Assembly (NCBI GenBank): GCA_041743505.1
Contig: JBGTMQ010000009.1
Location: 40,012 to 104,011 of the forward strand
Reading direction: 5' to 3'
DNA from: Candidatus Saccharimonadia bacterium
Lineage (GTDB): Bacteria; Patescibacteriota; Saccharimonadia; UBA4664
Length of the DNA: 64,000 bases
Shown in pieces: positions 53,259 to 62,822 of the stretch (the stretch's first letter is position 1; each line of letters opens with the position of its first letter). The translations under genes and the position numbers were made by a program. The notes beneath the pieces are model-generated. The model had not been told where the DNA came from. It searched no databases and saw nothing but the letters and a program-made list of their open reading frames with translations.

Positions 53259-54500
53259 ATGCCACCACAAATTATTAGCGTTACTGAATTTCTCAATATC
53301 ATCAACGAAACCCTGGCTTTCGCCTACCCGCAAGTCGTAGTTGAAGGCGAAGTCTCCAGCTTTAAAGTTAATCAGGGCAAGTTTGTCTTTTTCGACCTCA
53401 AAGACGACAAAAATGTCTTGAGCTGTTTCATGATGGTCCACCAGCTCAAACTGCCACTCGAAGACGGCATGAAAGTCCGTGTCACCGGCTCACCCAAAAT
53501 CACCAAATTCAGCAAATTCTCGCTCACCGTCAAAGAAGTGGAGCTAGCCGGGGAAGGGGAGTTACGCCGGGCCATGGAACTGCTCAAGCGGAAGCTCCAA
53601 GCCGAAGGCCTGTTCGACCCGGCCCGCAAACGCACCTTGCCGGCGTTCCCAAAAACCATTGGTCTTATCACCTCCGGCGCCTCAGCCGCCTACAGCGACT
53701 TCATCAAAATCCTTGATGCCCGGTGGAGCGGGGTAGAGGTACACCTGGCCGACGTCAGCGTCCAGGGTGTCAGCGCCCCCGACCAAATCGTCAATGCACT
53801 CGAATATTTCAACACCACCGGCGAACCAGTTGACGTCGTGGCACTCATCCGCGGCGGCGGCTCGCTCGAAGACCTATCCGCCTTCAGTACCGAGCCGGTC
53901 GCCCGGGCCGTGGCCGCCAGCCGCACCCCCATCATCGTTGGCGTCGGCCATGAAATCGATGTGTCACTAGCCGATTATGCCGCCGACGTCCGCGCGGCCA
54001 CACCCACCGACGTAGCCCGGCTTATCGTCCCGGACCGGGCCGAGGTCGCGGCCCGCGTCACCCACCTTACGCACCGCACCGATACCGCCTTCCACAAAGC
54101 CTTAATCCTGCGCCTAACCGCCGTCGACCAGCAAGTCGGACGGCTGGAGCGCTACCTCCGGTTACCACGCGAACGCATTACCGAGCTAACCAGCCGGCTC
54201 TGGCACAGCCTCGACCGGCTCGACATCACCCGCGAGCACCGCTTGGACTGGACCGAATCGCTAGCCCGAAGGCTCAGCACCGCCAGCACCCGTGCCTTGA
54301 CCGAATGTCAAGCCCAACTGACAAACCTGGAGCGAGTCTTGCGCGGTTTTGATCCGCAAGCCACCCTCAGCCGCGGCTATGCCATAGTGCGGTCCGGCAA
54401 ACAAATTCTCCGCGACCCGGCCGCCGTCCAAACCAACGACCTCGTCATGATACAATTGGCCAAAGGTAACCTGAACGCAAAGGTAGCAAAAGACGCATGA
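53259..54500 (+). CDS. xseA: exodeoxyribonuclease VII large subunit
   Basis: N-terminal OB-fold region SVTEFLNIINETL...VVEGEVS and central IGLITSGASAAYSDFIKIL, IRGGGS motifs. Confidence 0.85.
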   Translation: MPPQIISVTEFLNIINETLAFAYPQVVVEGEVSSFKVNQGKFVFFDLKDDKNVLSCFMMVHQLKLPLEDGMKVRVTGSPKITKFSKFSLTVKEVELAGEGELRRAMELLKRKLQAEGLFDPARKRTLPAFPKTIGLITSGASAAYSDFIKILDARWSGVEVHLADVSVQGVSAPDQIVNALEYFNTTGEPVDVVALIRGGGSLEDLSAFSTEPVARAVAASRTPIIVGVGHEIDVSLADYAADVRAATPTDVARLIVPDRAEVAARVTHLTHRTDTAFHKALILRLTAVDQQVGRLERYLRLPRERITELTSRLWHSLDRLDITREHRLDWTESLARRLSTASTRALTECQAQLTNLERVLRGFDPQATLSRGYAIVRSGKQILRDPAAVQTNDLVMIQLAKGNLNAKVAKDA

Positions 54501-54805
54501 CCGCCCATGAATTCGAATTCGAAAAAGCCCTAAAAGAGCTCGAGGAAATCACCGCCTGGTTCGAGTCATCCGACGTCGACCTAGACCAAGGCCTGGCCAA
54601 ATTCGAGCGCGGTATGGAACTGTCAACCAAGCTCAAGGAGCACCTGCAAGCCGTCGAGAACCGGGTCGAAAAAATCAAAGCCCGTTTCAACGAGCCGAGT
54701 GCCCCCAAAGCCACCACCCAGCAACAACCCGAACCAGACTTCAATCAAAACATCGACGAAACAATCGACCCCGGCAGCCGCGACGACCAAGCCGGCTTGT
54801 TCTAA
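54497..54805 (+). CDS. xseB: exodeoxyribonuclease VII small subunit
   Basis: FEKALKELEEITAWFESSDVDLDQGLAKFERGMEL; ATGA overlap with xseA. Confidence 0.8.
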   Translation: MTAHEFEFEKALKELEEITAWFESSDVDLDQGLAKFERGMELSTKLKEHLQAVENRVEKIKARFNEPSAPKATTQQQPEPDFNQNIDETIDPGSRDDQAGLF

Positions 54806-55315
54806 GTGACACTCCTGGTTATCCTCCTGGTCGTGCTGCCATTCGGTATCGCGGCCTGGCTGGGAGCGCCATATTTACCAAGCTTGCGCCGCGACTACGA
54901 GCCGGCTTTAGCATTGGCCGGCCTCAAACCCGGCCAGACCCTCATCGACCTCGGTTCCGGCGACGGTCGGCTATTGCGAGCTGCAGCCAAGCATGGCGTT
55001 CGCGGTATCGGCTACGAGATTAACCCGTTCGTCTACGCAATATCGCTCATCGTCACCTGGCGCTACCGAAAGCTAGTCACTATTTATCTGGCCGACTTCT
55101 GGCACGTCCCTCTACCACCTGCCAATGCCATCTACGTCTTCTTAATTGACCGGTTTATGATCAAACTCGATGCGAAGCTAACGCGTGAAATCAAGCAACC
55201 CACACCCGTCATATCATTCGTATTCCAAATCCCGGGCCACACCCCTCGCCTCCAAACCCGTAACGCCTGGTTGTATGATTATCCAAAAACGATACCGATA
55301 ATACCGTCCAGTTGA
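54806..55315 (+). CDS. small class I SAM-dependent methyltransferase with N-terminal TM helix
   Basis: Motif I LIDLGSGDGRLL and acidic motif II GYEIN; GTG start directly after the xseB stop. Confidence 0.55.
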   Translation: MTLLVILLVVLPFGIAAWLGAPYLPSLRRDYEPALALAGLKPGQTLIDLGSGDGRLLRAAAKHGVRGIGYEINPFVYAISLIVTWRYRKLVTIYLADFWHVPLPPANAIYVFLIDRFMIKLDAKLTREIKQPTPVISFVFQIPGHTPRLQTRNAWLYDYPKTIPIIPSS

Positions 55316-55369
55316 TAATAGTCCGGCGTCTTGCACCAGCTCACCGATTGTTTTACCATAAGCAGTAAC

Positions 55370-56071
55370 ATGGATCCACAACAACCAAGCAGCCTACCTA
55401 GTTCGTCACCCAATTTCTCTTCCGTAGCCGGTCCGCCATCTTCAGGCGGCAAAAGCACGCTGCTATGGGTACTCATCGGTGTACTAGGTCTGGGTGCCGT
55501 CTCATTTGCCATCCTAAGTGTAGTGGCTTTTGGCCAAGCCAAGGTCGCTACCACCACACTCAACCAGCAAAAACAAGCCGCTGCTGAGGCCGCCCGTGAA
55601 GATCAGAAAAAACTTGATGCCCAAGCCACCATAACCGCCGCCGAAAATCCATTCCGGTCCTATATTGCGCCCATTGAGTATGGTTCCTTTGAGATCAAAT
55701 TCCCGCGCAGCTGGAGTGCTTCGGTCGAACAAGCCCGCTCAAATCAAACCCAAGTCACACTCATCGTTCACCCCGACTTCATTAAACGCGACAATAATGC
55801 CAACGAGCTTGCTGCGGCCAAAATCCTGCTCGTCCAACGCACTCTCAATGAATACGTCAAAGTCTTTCAGTCCCAAAAAGAAGTTAAACGCTCTGACACA
55901 ACCGTTTCCGGCGTCAAAGGCGTCCAGCTCACCGGCAAATTCGCCGATAAACGCACCGTCCGCATGGTTGTTATCCCAATCCGCGACAAAAGTCTGGTCT
56001 TCTTTAACGAAGATAGCAACTTCGCACCCCAATTTGATCAAATTCTCGCTCAATCAAAAGTATTACCCTAG
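55370..56071 (+). CDS. membrane-anchored hypothetical protein (Ser/Pro-rich N-terminus, one TM, extracytoplasmic domain)
   Basis: ATG 55370 (MDPQQPSS...) chosen over the longer track frame (55331). Confidence 0.5.
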   Translation: MDPQQPSSLPSSSPNFSSVAGPPSSGGKSTLLWVLIGVLGLGAVSFAILSVVAFGQAKVATTTLNQQKQAAAEAAREDQKKLDAQATITAAENPFRSYIAPIEYGSFEIKFPRSWSASVEQARSNQTQVTLIVHPDFIKRDNNANELAAAKILLVQRTLNEYVKVFQSQKEVKRSDTTVSGVKGVQLTGKFADKRTVRMVVIPIRDKSLVFFNEDSNFAPQFDQILAQSKVLP

Positions 56072-56163
56072 CATTTTGAGCTAGTCGTCTGTATTGTCGT
56101 TCTTACGCTTGAGCTGTTCTCGGCTCTGATGCTACTCTGATTACTATAATGTGGGCGGACTCT

Positions 56164-59100
56164 ATGGCCGAAAAAGTGATAACGTCTGACCAGCCTTCGT
56201 CAATTACGGTGCTCGAGCTCGATGAAGCCCTACAAGCTTTACGAACCGCCTCGACACCTGGTCGGACCAGCCGTTTATTAACAACCTACATCCGCAAACT
56301 CGCCGGAGCCCAGGCCGCCGCCGGCTTCACCTTTGACCTCGGCCGTACGCGCGAAGTGGTTGATGACAGCCAATTGCCACCCAGACTGCGTCACAACTTT
56401 CCTTACCCCGACTACCCCGAAACATCAAACACCGAGTCTCAAAACCAGCCAGACCACGAAACCTGGAGCCGGCGAGCTGACGTACGAGCTGTCGCATCCA
56501 CCATGGGCGTCAACTCCACCTCATTGGAATGGATCAAGTCCGGCAAAGACATACTGGGTGGGGTGGTCATCTTTTGGCGGCTGCCACCGACCGAACATAG
56601 CTGCGCCACCGTCCGCATGCTTGTACGTGAAGCCACTGGCGCCATGGCCAACCGCCAGCTCACTCAAGCGGTCAAAAGTAGCCTGGCTCAAACACTGGCA
56701 TTCCAAAAGATAACCCAGGCTATCACCCGTACCCTGGACTTCGATAAAGCCGTTTCTATTCTTCTAACTCACACTCAGAAACTCTTCCAAGTCGATGCCG
56801 TCTCGTTATTTTTAATCCAACAAGGTAGCAGCGAGCTATACATTCACAAAGCCATCGGCTTATCGGACGAATACACTAGCGCCATCCGGATTGACCTTGA
56901 CTCAAAAGCGGCCAGAGAGTTCGTTAGAGGCCAAGCCCCCAGCCAAATCTACGATGCCACCGCCGGCGCCGTCTCCGGCCAAACCAAGCTTATCAACGCG
57001 GAGGGCATCAAGAGTATGCTTATTGCCCCAATCTACACCGGCCGCGATCACGTTGGAGCCCTCGTCTGCTACTCCAAGACCCACCGGCATTTCCTCTACT
57101 CCGAATTGCGGTTTAGCCAGAGTCTGGCCGAGCAAACCAGCATCGCGCTCGCCAACGCCAAGCTGCACGCCAACCTGGTGAAGGTTTCCAACGAAATCGA
57201 ACAAACCCGTAACCTCATGAAAGACGGGCTGATTGTGCTCGACCTGGAAGGCACCCTGCGCTACTTCAACGCCACCGCAGGCAAGCTGCTTGGATTCACG
57301 CCAAACTTAATCGACCAGCCGTTTACGACCACGCTTCATCAAAGCGCCAACATTACCCTGAAACCAACCGAGCTGTCGAACGCCGTCAATCGGGCAGTCA
57401 CAGAGGGGATTGGCAAGGCCAATTTCTCCACCATTGGCGATGAAGTCAACTACTTCGAAGCCATTTGCTCGCCCTACCGCGATGCAGCCGGACGTACTGT
57501 CGGAATCCTCATTAACATCCACGACATCACCTCGCTGTATCTGGAGAAAGAAAAGCTCCGCACGATCCAAACCAATATGCAGGACGGCCTCATCATGATC
57601 GATACAGAGGGCAAAGTCCTGGAATGCAACCGGGAATGGGAAAACCTTTTTGGCGTCGACAGGCATATCGGCCAGAAGTTTTTCCAAGACAGCGAGAAGC
57701 GCGACAACATCCAAATCGACCAGGATATCCATGTGCTCGTGGACGAAGTACTCCGAGGCAAGCGGCTAATGTGCTATGCCCATCTAACCGATATCAATCG
57801 TCACATCCAGATCTCGCTCGGCCCCATCATCACAGCCGGCCGCGTCACCGGCGCCGTAGCCACCGCCCGCGACATCACTCCGCTCATCGAGAAAACCATT
57901 GAGGCCAACGATATGGCCGCCAAGGCCCAGCGCCATCTACGGGAACTATCCCAGCTAGCCGAACTTTCATCAATCGTGGGCTTCAATGTCACCGGTATCT
58001 ACCAAAAATACCTCTCCAAGATAGCCACTCTTCTAGAATCAACCTCTGCCAGTATCTACCTCTATAACCCCGGCCAGCAGCGGCTCGTCCGGCAGCAAAC
58101 CCTCAATCCCAGCGAACTTGATACCGAAACCGTCACCCTGGGCTCAAAACATGTGGTGGCCCAGGCCTTTGCCAGCCGCCACGATATGGCGACAAGTAAG
58201 CCCAAGAGCCAGTTCCATCATCTCGCCACCCCCATCATGCATCACTCAAAAACGCTTGGCGTATTGCTTATGGGCCGCCACGCCACCCCCTTTGGTGAAC
58301 ATGACGCCCGGCTCATCCAGTTGGTTGCCACCCGCCTGGCCGTTCTCGTCGAGAACGCCGGCCTCTATCATGACGTAAACGCCCGCCGTGAGCGCTGGGA
58401 AGCTGTTTTCCGCTTCGTCGACGAAGGCATCATCATCTTCAACCGTCAGGGCTTGATCGTAGGCTTTAACCCCGCCGCCACCGAGATTACCCAATGGGAT
58501 GCCGCCGAAGCTATTGGCTCACCATTCGAGAAAATCGTTAGAACTATCTCCATCGAAGGCCAATCCGGTTCAACCACCGGATCGCCCTTAAGTCGTGTCC
58601 TCGGCGACGGCATCACTCTTGCCAAAAGCGAACAGCTCATCGAAACCCGCGGCGCCGGCCGCCTCTGGACCGAAGTCAGTTACTCACCAATTTTCGACGA
58701 CGCCGGCCGCGTCACCTCAGGCATCGCCATCATCCGCAACGCCCAAAAAGACCGTGAGGTCGAGGAAATTAAAAGTGACTTCATCTCCATCGTCTCGCAC
58801 GAGTTACGCACGCCGCTCACCGCCATCAAAGGCTTCCTGTCGATGGTACTCAAACAAGACTTTGGCGCCCTCAGCGACAAGCAGTTCCACTATTTGTCCC
58901 GCGTCTATCAATCCAATCAACGCATGATCGACCTGGTAGAGGACTTGCTCGACGTGTCCTACATTGAATCCGGCAAAATCAACCTGTCTATCAACCCCGT
59001 AGCCATCGAAAACGTCTTAAACGAGGTGGTGCTGGAACTAGCCGGCAAAGGCGCCGCCAACCAAATCATGATCCGGGTCAAACGATCCAAGCGACTGCCG

Positions 59101-59469
59101 CTCGTATTAGCCGATGAAACCCGCCTCCACCAAATCCTGCTCAACCTGGTCGACAATGCCATCAAATACTCGGTGCCTGGCACCCAGGTTGAAATAGATT
59201 TCCGCATCCACGGCGACGAGCTAATAACCACCGTAGCCGACCACGGAGTTGGTATCACCAAGAGTCAGCTCGACCGCCTGTTCACCAAATTTGGCCGCAT
59301 CTACAACCCCATGAGCGTTCAGGCCGGCGGTACCGGACTCGGCCTCTACATCGTCAAAAACCTGGTGGAGTCCCACGGCGGCCGCATTTGGGTCACCAGT
59401 CAGGAGGGCAAGGGTAGTAAATTCCGCTTCGCCCTGCCTACCGCCAAACAGTTGCCGCTGATAGGTTAA
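56164..59469 (+). CDS. large cytoplasmic multi-sensor histidine kinase (GAF/PAS x several, HisKA, HATPase_c)
   Basis: H-box ISIVSHELRTPLTAIKGFLSM, N-box LLNLVDNAIKYS, G-boxes DHGVGI / GTGLGLYIV; no TM segments. ATG 56164 is 13 nt after TATAAT (56145-56150). Confidence 0.8.
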   Translation: MAEKVITSDQPSSITVLELDEALQALRTASTPGRTSRLLTTYIRKLAGAQAAAGFTFDLGRTREVVDDSQLPPRLRHNFPYPDYPETSNTESQNQPDHETWSRRADVRAVASTMGVNSTSLEWIKSGKDILGGVVIFWRLPPTEHSCATVRMLVREATGAMANRQLTQAVKSSLAQTLAFQKITQAITRTLDFDKAVSILLTHTQKLFQVDAVSLFLIQQGSSELYIHKAIGLSDEYTSAIRIDLDSKAAREFVRGQAPSQIYDATAGAVSGQTKLINAEGIKSMLIAPIYTGRDHVGALVCYSKTHRHFLYSELRFSQSLAEQTSIALANAKLHANLVKVSNEIEQTRNLMKDGLIVLDLEGTLRYFNATAGKLLGFTPNLIDQPFTTTLHQSANITLKPTELSNAVNRAVTEGIGKANFSTIGDEVNYFEAICSPYRDAAGRTVGILINIHDITSLYLEKEKLRTIQTNMQDGLIMIDTEGKVLECNREWENLFGVDRHIGQKFFQDSEKRDNIQIDQDIHVLVDEVLRGKRLMCYAHLTDINRHIQISLGPIITAGRVTGAVATARDITPLIEKTIEANDMAAKAQRHLRELSQLAELSSIVGFNVTGIYQKYLSKIATLLESTSASIYLYNPGQQRLVRQQTLNPSELDTETVTLGSKHVVAQAFASRHDMATSKPKSQFHHLATPIMHHSKTLGVLLMGRHATPFGEHDARLIQLVATRLAVLVENAGLYHDVNARRERWEAVFRFVDEGIIIFNRQGLIVGFNPAATEITQWDAAEAIGSPFEKIVRTISIEGQSGSTTGSPLSRVLGDGITLAKSEQLIETRGAGRLWTEVSYSPIFDDAGRVTSGIAIIRNAQKDREVEEIKSDFISIVSHELRTPLTAIKGFLSMVLKQDFGALSDKQFHYLSRVYQSNQRMIDLVEDLLDVSYIESGKINLSINPVAIENVLNEVVLELAGKGAANQIMIRVKRSKRLPLVLADETRLHQILLNLVDNAIKYSVPGTQVEIDFRIHGDELITTVADHGVGITKSQLDRLFTKFGRIYNPMSVQAGGTGLGLYIVKNLVESHGGRIWVTSQEGKGSKFRFALPTAKQLPLIG

Positions 59470-59552
59470 AACAGCGTCCGAAGCCTACGGGCTTGGGTCA
59501 GCGCAAACTGTCTGCTACACTAATAATTAAGTAGTCTTAATGGAGACAAATT

Positions 59553-59957
59553 ATGGCAAAAATCATGCTCGTCGAAGACGATGCCATACTGGTAGAAATG
59601 TATCAAGCTAAGTTCGAGCTTGAGGGTCATGAAGTACGGATCGCTACGAACGGAGAGGAGTGCCTGGCACTCCTGCGTGATTTTCAGCCCGAACTCATCC
59701 TGCTTGATATTCTCATGCCTAAGCTCAACGGCTTCCATGTATTGAAAGAGATCAAAAAACAACCCGGCCTACGCCAAATCCCGGTTATCCTGCTCACCAA
59801 TCTTGGCCAAGCCGAAGTCGATATGAATCAGGAGCTGGCTAAAGCCCTCGGCGTCAGCGACTACCTCATCAAGAGCCACCATACCCCCGACGAAGTGGTC
59901 CAAAAGGCCGTCAAAGTCCTCAAAAATCACCCCGGTTCCACGCCCGCCGAGGCCTAA
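59553..59957 (+). CDS. response regulator, receiver domain only (third paralog)
   Basis: IMLVEDD...ELILLDILMPKLNGFHVL...LTNLGQ...LIKSH. Confidence 0.85.
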   Translation: MAKIMLVEDDAILVEMYQAKFELEGHEVRIATNGEECLALLRDFQPELILLDILMPKLNGFHVLKEIKKQPGLRQIPVILLTNLGQAEVDMNQELAKALGVSDYLIKSHHTPDEVVQKAVKVLKNHPGSTPAEA

Positions 59958-60683
59958 GTGCCCACCTACCAAACCACCGGCATCGTCATTGGCCGCACCA
60001 ATTTCGGTGAAGCCGACCGGGTAATCCGGTTCCTCACGCCAGACCATGGCAAGCTCAGTGCAGTGGCCCGGGGCATCCGCAAGATCAAAAGCCGGTCTGC
60101 CGGTCATTTGGAATTATTTGGTGAAGTCAGCCTCATGCTCGCTACAGGCCGCAATCTTGACGTAGTAACCTCAGCCCGGCTGGCCTGGTACCCGCACAAC
60201 ATCGCCTCCGACTACAGTCGGTTGGGACTAGCCTACGCCTTTGCCGGCATGACCGACAAGCTAGCCCAGGAGCGCCACGCCCAGCCCGAACTGTACTCCC
60301 ATCTCCACGAGGCCCTCCAGGCCGTCAACGAAGGCGCCGGCGGGCCGCTCATCGAACTCTGGTATAAATTGCGGCTTTTGCAACTAGCCGGCTTCCGCCC
60401 CGAGTTAACGCACTGCGTCATCTGCGGCCAGGCCAATGGGGAAGTGGTCTACCAGTTCGATGCTGCTCACGGCGGCATCGTCTGCGATACCTGCGCCTTA
60501 CCCGGTGCCCGGCCAGTGTCGACCACCAGCATCAAGCTCTGGCGGCTCCTGTCCGACTATCCCTACGTCACAATTAGCCAAATCGCCGGCGGCCCCAGCC
60601 TAGCCTCCGCCAGCCTGCCGGCCTGTGACGAATTTTACGAACACCACATTGGCCGCGCTTTCCGGCCTGACATTGCAATATAG
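59958..60683 (+). CDS. recO: DNA repair protein RecO
   Basis: N-terminal OB fold (TTGIVIGRTNFGEADRVIRFLT...GKLSAVARG) and C-terminal Cys4 zinc motif (CVICG...CDTC). GTG start, so translationally coupled to the RR. Confidence 0.8.
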   Translation: MPTYQTTGIVIGRTNFGEADRVIRFLTPDHGKLSAVARGIRKIKSRSAGHLELFGEVSLMLATGRNLDVVTSARLAWYPHNIASDYSRLGLAYAFAGMTDKLAQERHAQPELYSHLHEALQAVNEGAGGPLIELWYKLRLLQLAGFRPELTHCVICGQANGEVVYQFDAAHGGIVCDTCALPGARPVSTTSIKLWRLLSDYPYVTISQIAGGPSLASASLPACDEFYEHHIGRAFRPDIAI

Positions 60684-60704
60684 CGCATAAATGTAACAAT
60701 ATAC

Positions 60705-60733
60705 TTGCATTTATAATATATTTATGCTATAAT
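60705..60733 (+). promoter_or_regulatory. sigma70 promoter TTGCAT-N17-(TGC)TATAAT with extended -10
   Basis: Shares the TATGCTATAAT core with the promoter at 61333-61361. Confidence 0.5.
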
Positions 60734-60810
60734 GAATAATCGTGCAACGTATAAACGTGCGCGAACCTTAAACCGGCCATCGGTCATCCATCTCATGAGA
60801 GAAGATCAAC

Positions 60811-61179
60811 ATGACTACTCAGTCAACGTCGCTCCTCACCCGGACCGTGCATGTCCCGCTGTGGCTGCAAGCTTTTGTGGCCGTGAACTTTGTGTTAATT
60901 CTCATCGAAGCAATCGCCAGCTTCACGTGGTGGGACTTGCTCTACGTCGCTGGCGGTATCGCTGTCTGGTCACTGGTCCTGTGGGCAATTCGGCGGCGCA
61001 ACCCGTCATTCGCACTGGTTTCAAGCCCCGAAGAACCATCCGCCATGGGTAGCCCGTCCAGACGGGAAGCCATCGCCGAAGGCCTCCGCCGGGCGAAGTT
61101 TTCGGCCTGGTACGTAGCCATTCTGGTGGTCGTCTCGGTCATGCAGACCCTTGAGGTAATCGGGTGGATCCTCTTCTAG
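60811..61179 (+). CDS. small membrane protein (122 aa, 3 TM), hypothetical
   Basis: Hydrophobic ORF downstream of a near-consensus promoter. Confidence 0.5.
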   Translation: MTTQSTSLLTRTVHVPLWLQAFVAVNFVLILIEAIASFTWWDLLYVAGGIAVWSLVLWAIRRRNPSFALVSSPEEPSAMGSPSRREAIAEGLRRAKFSAWYVAILVVVSVMQTLEVIGWILF

Positions 61180-61332
61180 AGGCCCAACAAACCCAATCGG
61201 TGGAGCGGCAGCACTCGCTGCCGCTCCACCGGTCCCATCCTGAATAATCAACTTCCGATTGATTACTGAGCATGGGACTCACCTTTAACCGCCAATGCCG
61301 ACCGGGACGCAATGCCTCGTCGGCACTATTTA

Positions 61333-61361
61333 TTGACACTGTGATAATACTATGCTATAAT
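61333..61361 (+). promoter_or_regulatory. perfect-consensus sigma70 promoter TTGACA-N17-(TGC)TATAAT
   Basis: -35 61333-61338, 17-nt spacer, extended -10 TGCTATAAT ending at 61361. Confidence 0.6.
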
Positions 61362-61415
61362 AATATATATGGCTCAAGAGCCATGCTCACACAATCAGAG
61401 AGAAGGCGATCTAGC

Positions 61416-61811
61416 ATGGCAGCAGTAAGCACTTTTGGCCCCAAGGTAGCTGGCTTGATTCGCCAAGACTGGCGTAGGTTCAGCCTGCGGGTCCCGTTGC
61501 CGGCACAGTTCAAGATCTTTGTCTGGATCAGTGTTGCATACTTGATCCTCAGAAACATCATCGTCAACGGCTTCGCGGCAGCCATATTAGGCCTCGTCAT
61601 CGCTACGGCACTGGCCTTCGGCGTTATTTGGCTCTTGAACTGGAGACGTTCCAAGAGGCCCGCCACAATCACCACCTCCGCCGCCGAGGACCCACTGCGC
61701 ACCAGCATCAGTAGCAAGTGGACATACTCCTGGCCACTGGGTCTGCTCATCTTCTACTTCACAGTGCTCGGGTATGCTGTCGTCAGCGACATTGTTTGGC
61801 TTCTCTCCTGA
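61416..61811 (+). CDS. small membrane protein (3 TM), hypothetical
   Basis: ATG 61416 is preceded by GAGAAGG. In-frame ATG 61383 (15 nt after the predicted TSS) is an alternative start; the track's 61272 start lies upstream of the promoter. Confidence 0.45.
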   Translation: MAAVSTFGPKVAGLIRQDWRRFSLRVPLPAQFKIFVWISVAYLILRNIIVNGFAAAILGLVIATALAFGVIWLLNWRRSKRPATITTSAAEDPLRTSISSKWTYSWPLGLLIFYFTVLGYAVVSDIVWLLS

Positions 61812-61953
61812 CCATCCTCCGCCTATCAGCGCCGGCTGGGACTTCACGTCCCGGCTGGCGCTTACCATTTATAAGTCAACGAGGTCGTTATTATGATACT
61901 GTGACAATGTTACTCATCTTCAAAAGTGGCTACACCTACAGGGAGAAAACGCT

Positions 61954-62607
61954 ATGACTAACGCAGCAGAAGTAATTACTAATACAGAGAGTTACGTCCG
62001 CAAGGAACTTGCTAGTGATACTTCTGGCCATGATTGGTGGCATATTGTCCGCGTCCGTAACATTGCTCTTACCATCGCCAAAGAAGAAAACGCTAATGAG
62101 TTTGTCGTTGAGTTAGCCTCACTACTCCACGACATTCTGGATTATAAGTTCAGTGGCTCTGAGGAAGCCGGCCCCCAGGCAGCGCACGAGTGGCTTACCC
62201 AGCAAGGTGTGGACACTAATACCATAGCCGCAGTTGTGGAAATCATCCGCCGGATGTCCTATAAAGGCGCCTCTACTGCTGAGGCCGAACTGAGCCTGGA
62301 AGGTAACTGCGTACGCGATGCTGACAGGCTGGATGCTATGGGTGCCGTCGGGATCGCGCGCGTCTTCGCCTACGGCGGTCATGTCGGCCGACCGATTCAC
62401 AATCCCGACACACCTCCACAACAAAACCAATCACCCGAGGTGTATAAAACCAATCTTGGCACAAGCATAAATCACTTTGACGAGAAGTTACTTCTGCTGC
62501 GCGACCGAATGATTACACCAACCGCACAGCGTATCGCCAACCATCGGCATCGGGTAATGGAGACCTTCCTTAAAGAGTTCTTCGCCGAATGGAGCGGTCA
62601 GAGCTAG
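61954..62607 (+). CDS. HD-domain phosphohydrolase
   Basis: H...HD...D motifs: GHDWWHIVRV, LLHDILD, RDADRLDAMG. Confidence 0.8.
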   Translation: MTNAAEVITNTESYVRKELASDTSGHDWWHIVRVRNIALTIAKEENANEFVVELASLLHDILDYKFSGSEEAGPQAAHEWLTQQGVDTNTIAAVVEIIRRMSYKGASTAEAELSLEGNCVRDADRLDAMGAVGIARVFAYGGHVGRPIHNPDTPPQQNQSPEVYKTNLGTSINHFDEKLLLLRDRMITPTAQRIANHRHRVMETFLKEFFAEWSGQS

Positions 62608-62625
62608 GCTACCCAAGCCCAACCA

Positions 62626-62660
62626 ATACCCCCGCCAGCCACTTTGGCAGGGGTATTTAA
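62626..62660 (+). terminator. rho-independent terminator (12-bp stem ATACCCCCGCCA / TGGCAGGGGTAT, 1 mismatch, + TTTAATTT)
   Basis: Read directly after the HD gene stop. Confidence 0.6.
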
Positions 62661-62700
62661 TTTGACCGCCAAACATTAAGTCAAAGTGTACAGCCAGCAT

Positions 62701-62777
62701 GTGCATTGAGTGCACTGTCACCAGATAGGCCCACTGCACTCAATGCACTAGGTAGTTAAACAGAATACACTGCACTC
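62701..62777. promoter_or_regulatory. operator-like element: 17-bp inverted repeat GTGCATTGAGTGCACTG ... CACTGCACTCAATGCAC (14-nt spacer) plus a third direct half-site CACTGCACTC
   Basis: Arms pair with a single mismatch; a third copy sits at 62768-62777, immediately upstream of the -35 of the next promoter. Confidence 0.5.
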
Positions 62778-62788
62778 GAACGCAAAGG

Positions 62789-62816
62789 TTGACATTTGAA
62801 CTTAATATACTAGAAT
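62789..62816 (+). promoter_or_regulatory. promoter TTGACA-N16-TAGAAT ending 6 nt before ATG 62823 (leaderless-type)
   Basis: Consensus -35 62789-62794; -10 TAGAAT 62811-62816. Confidence 0.45.
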
Positions 62817-62822
62817 AACATC

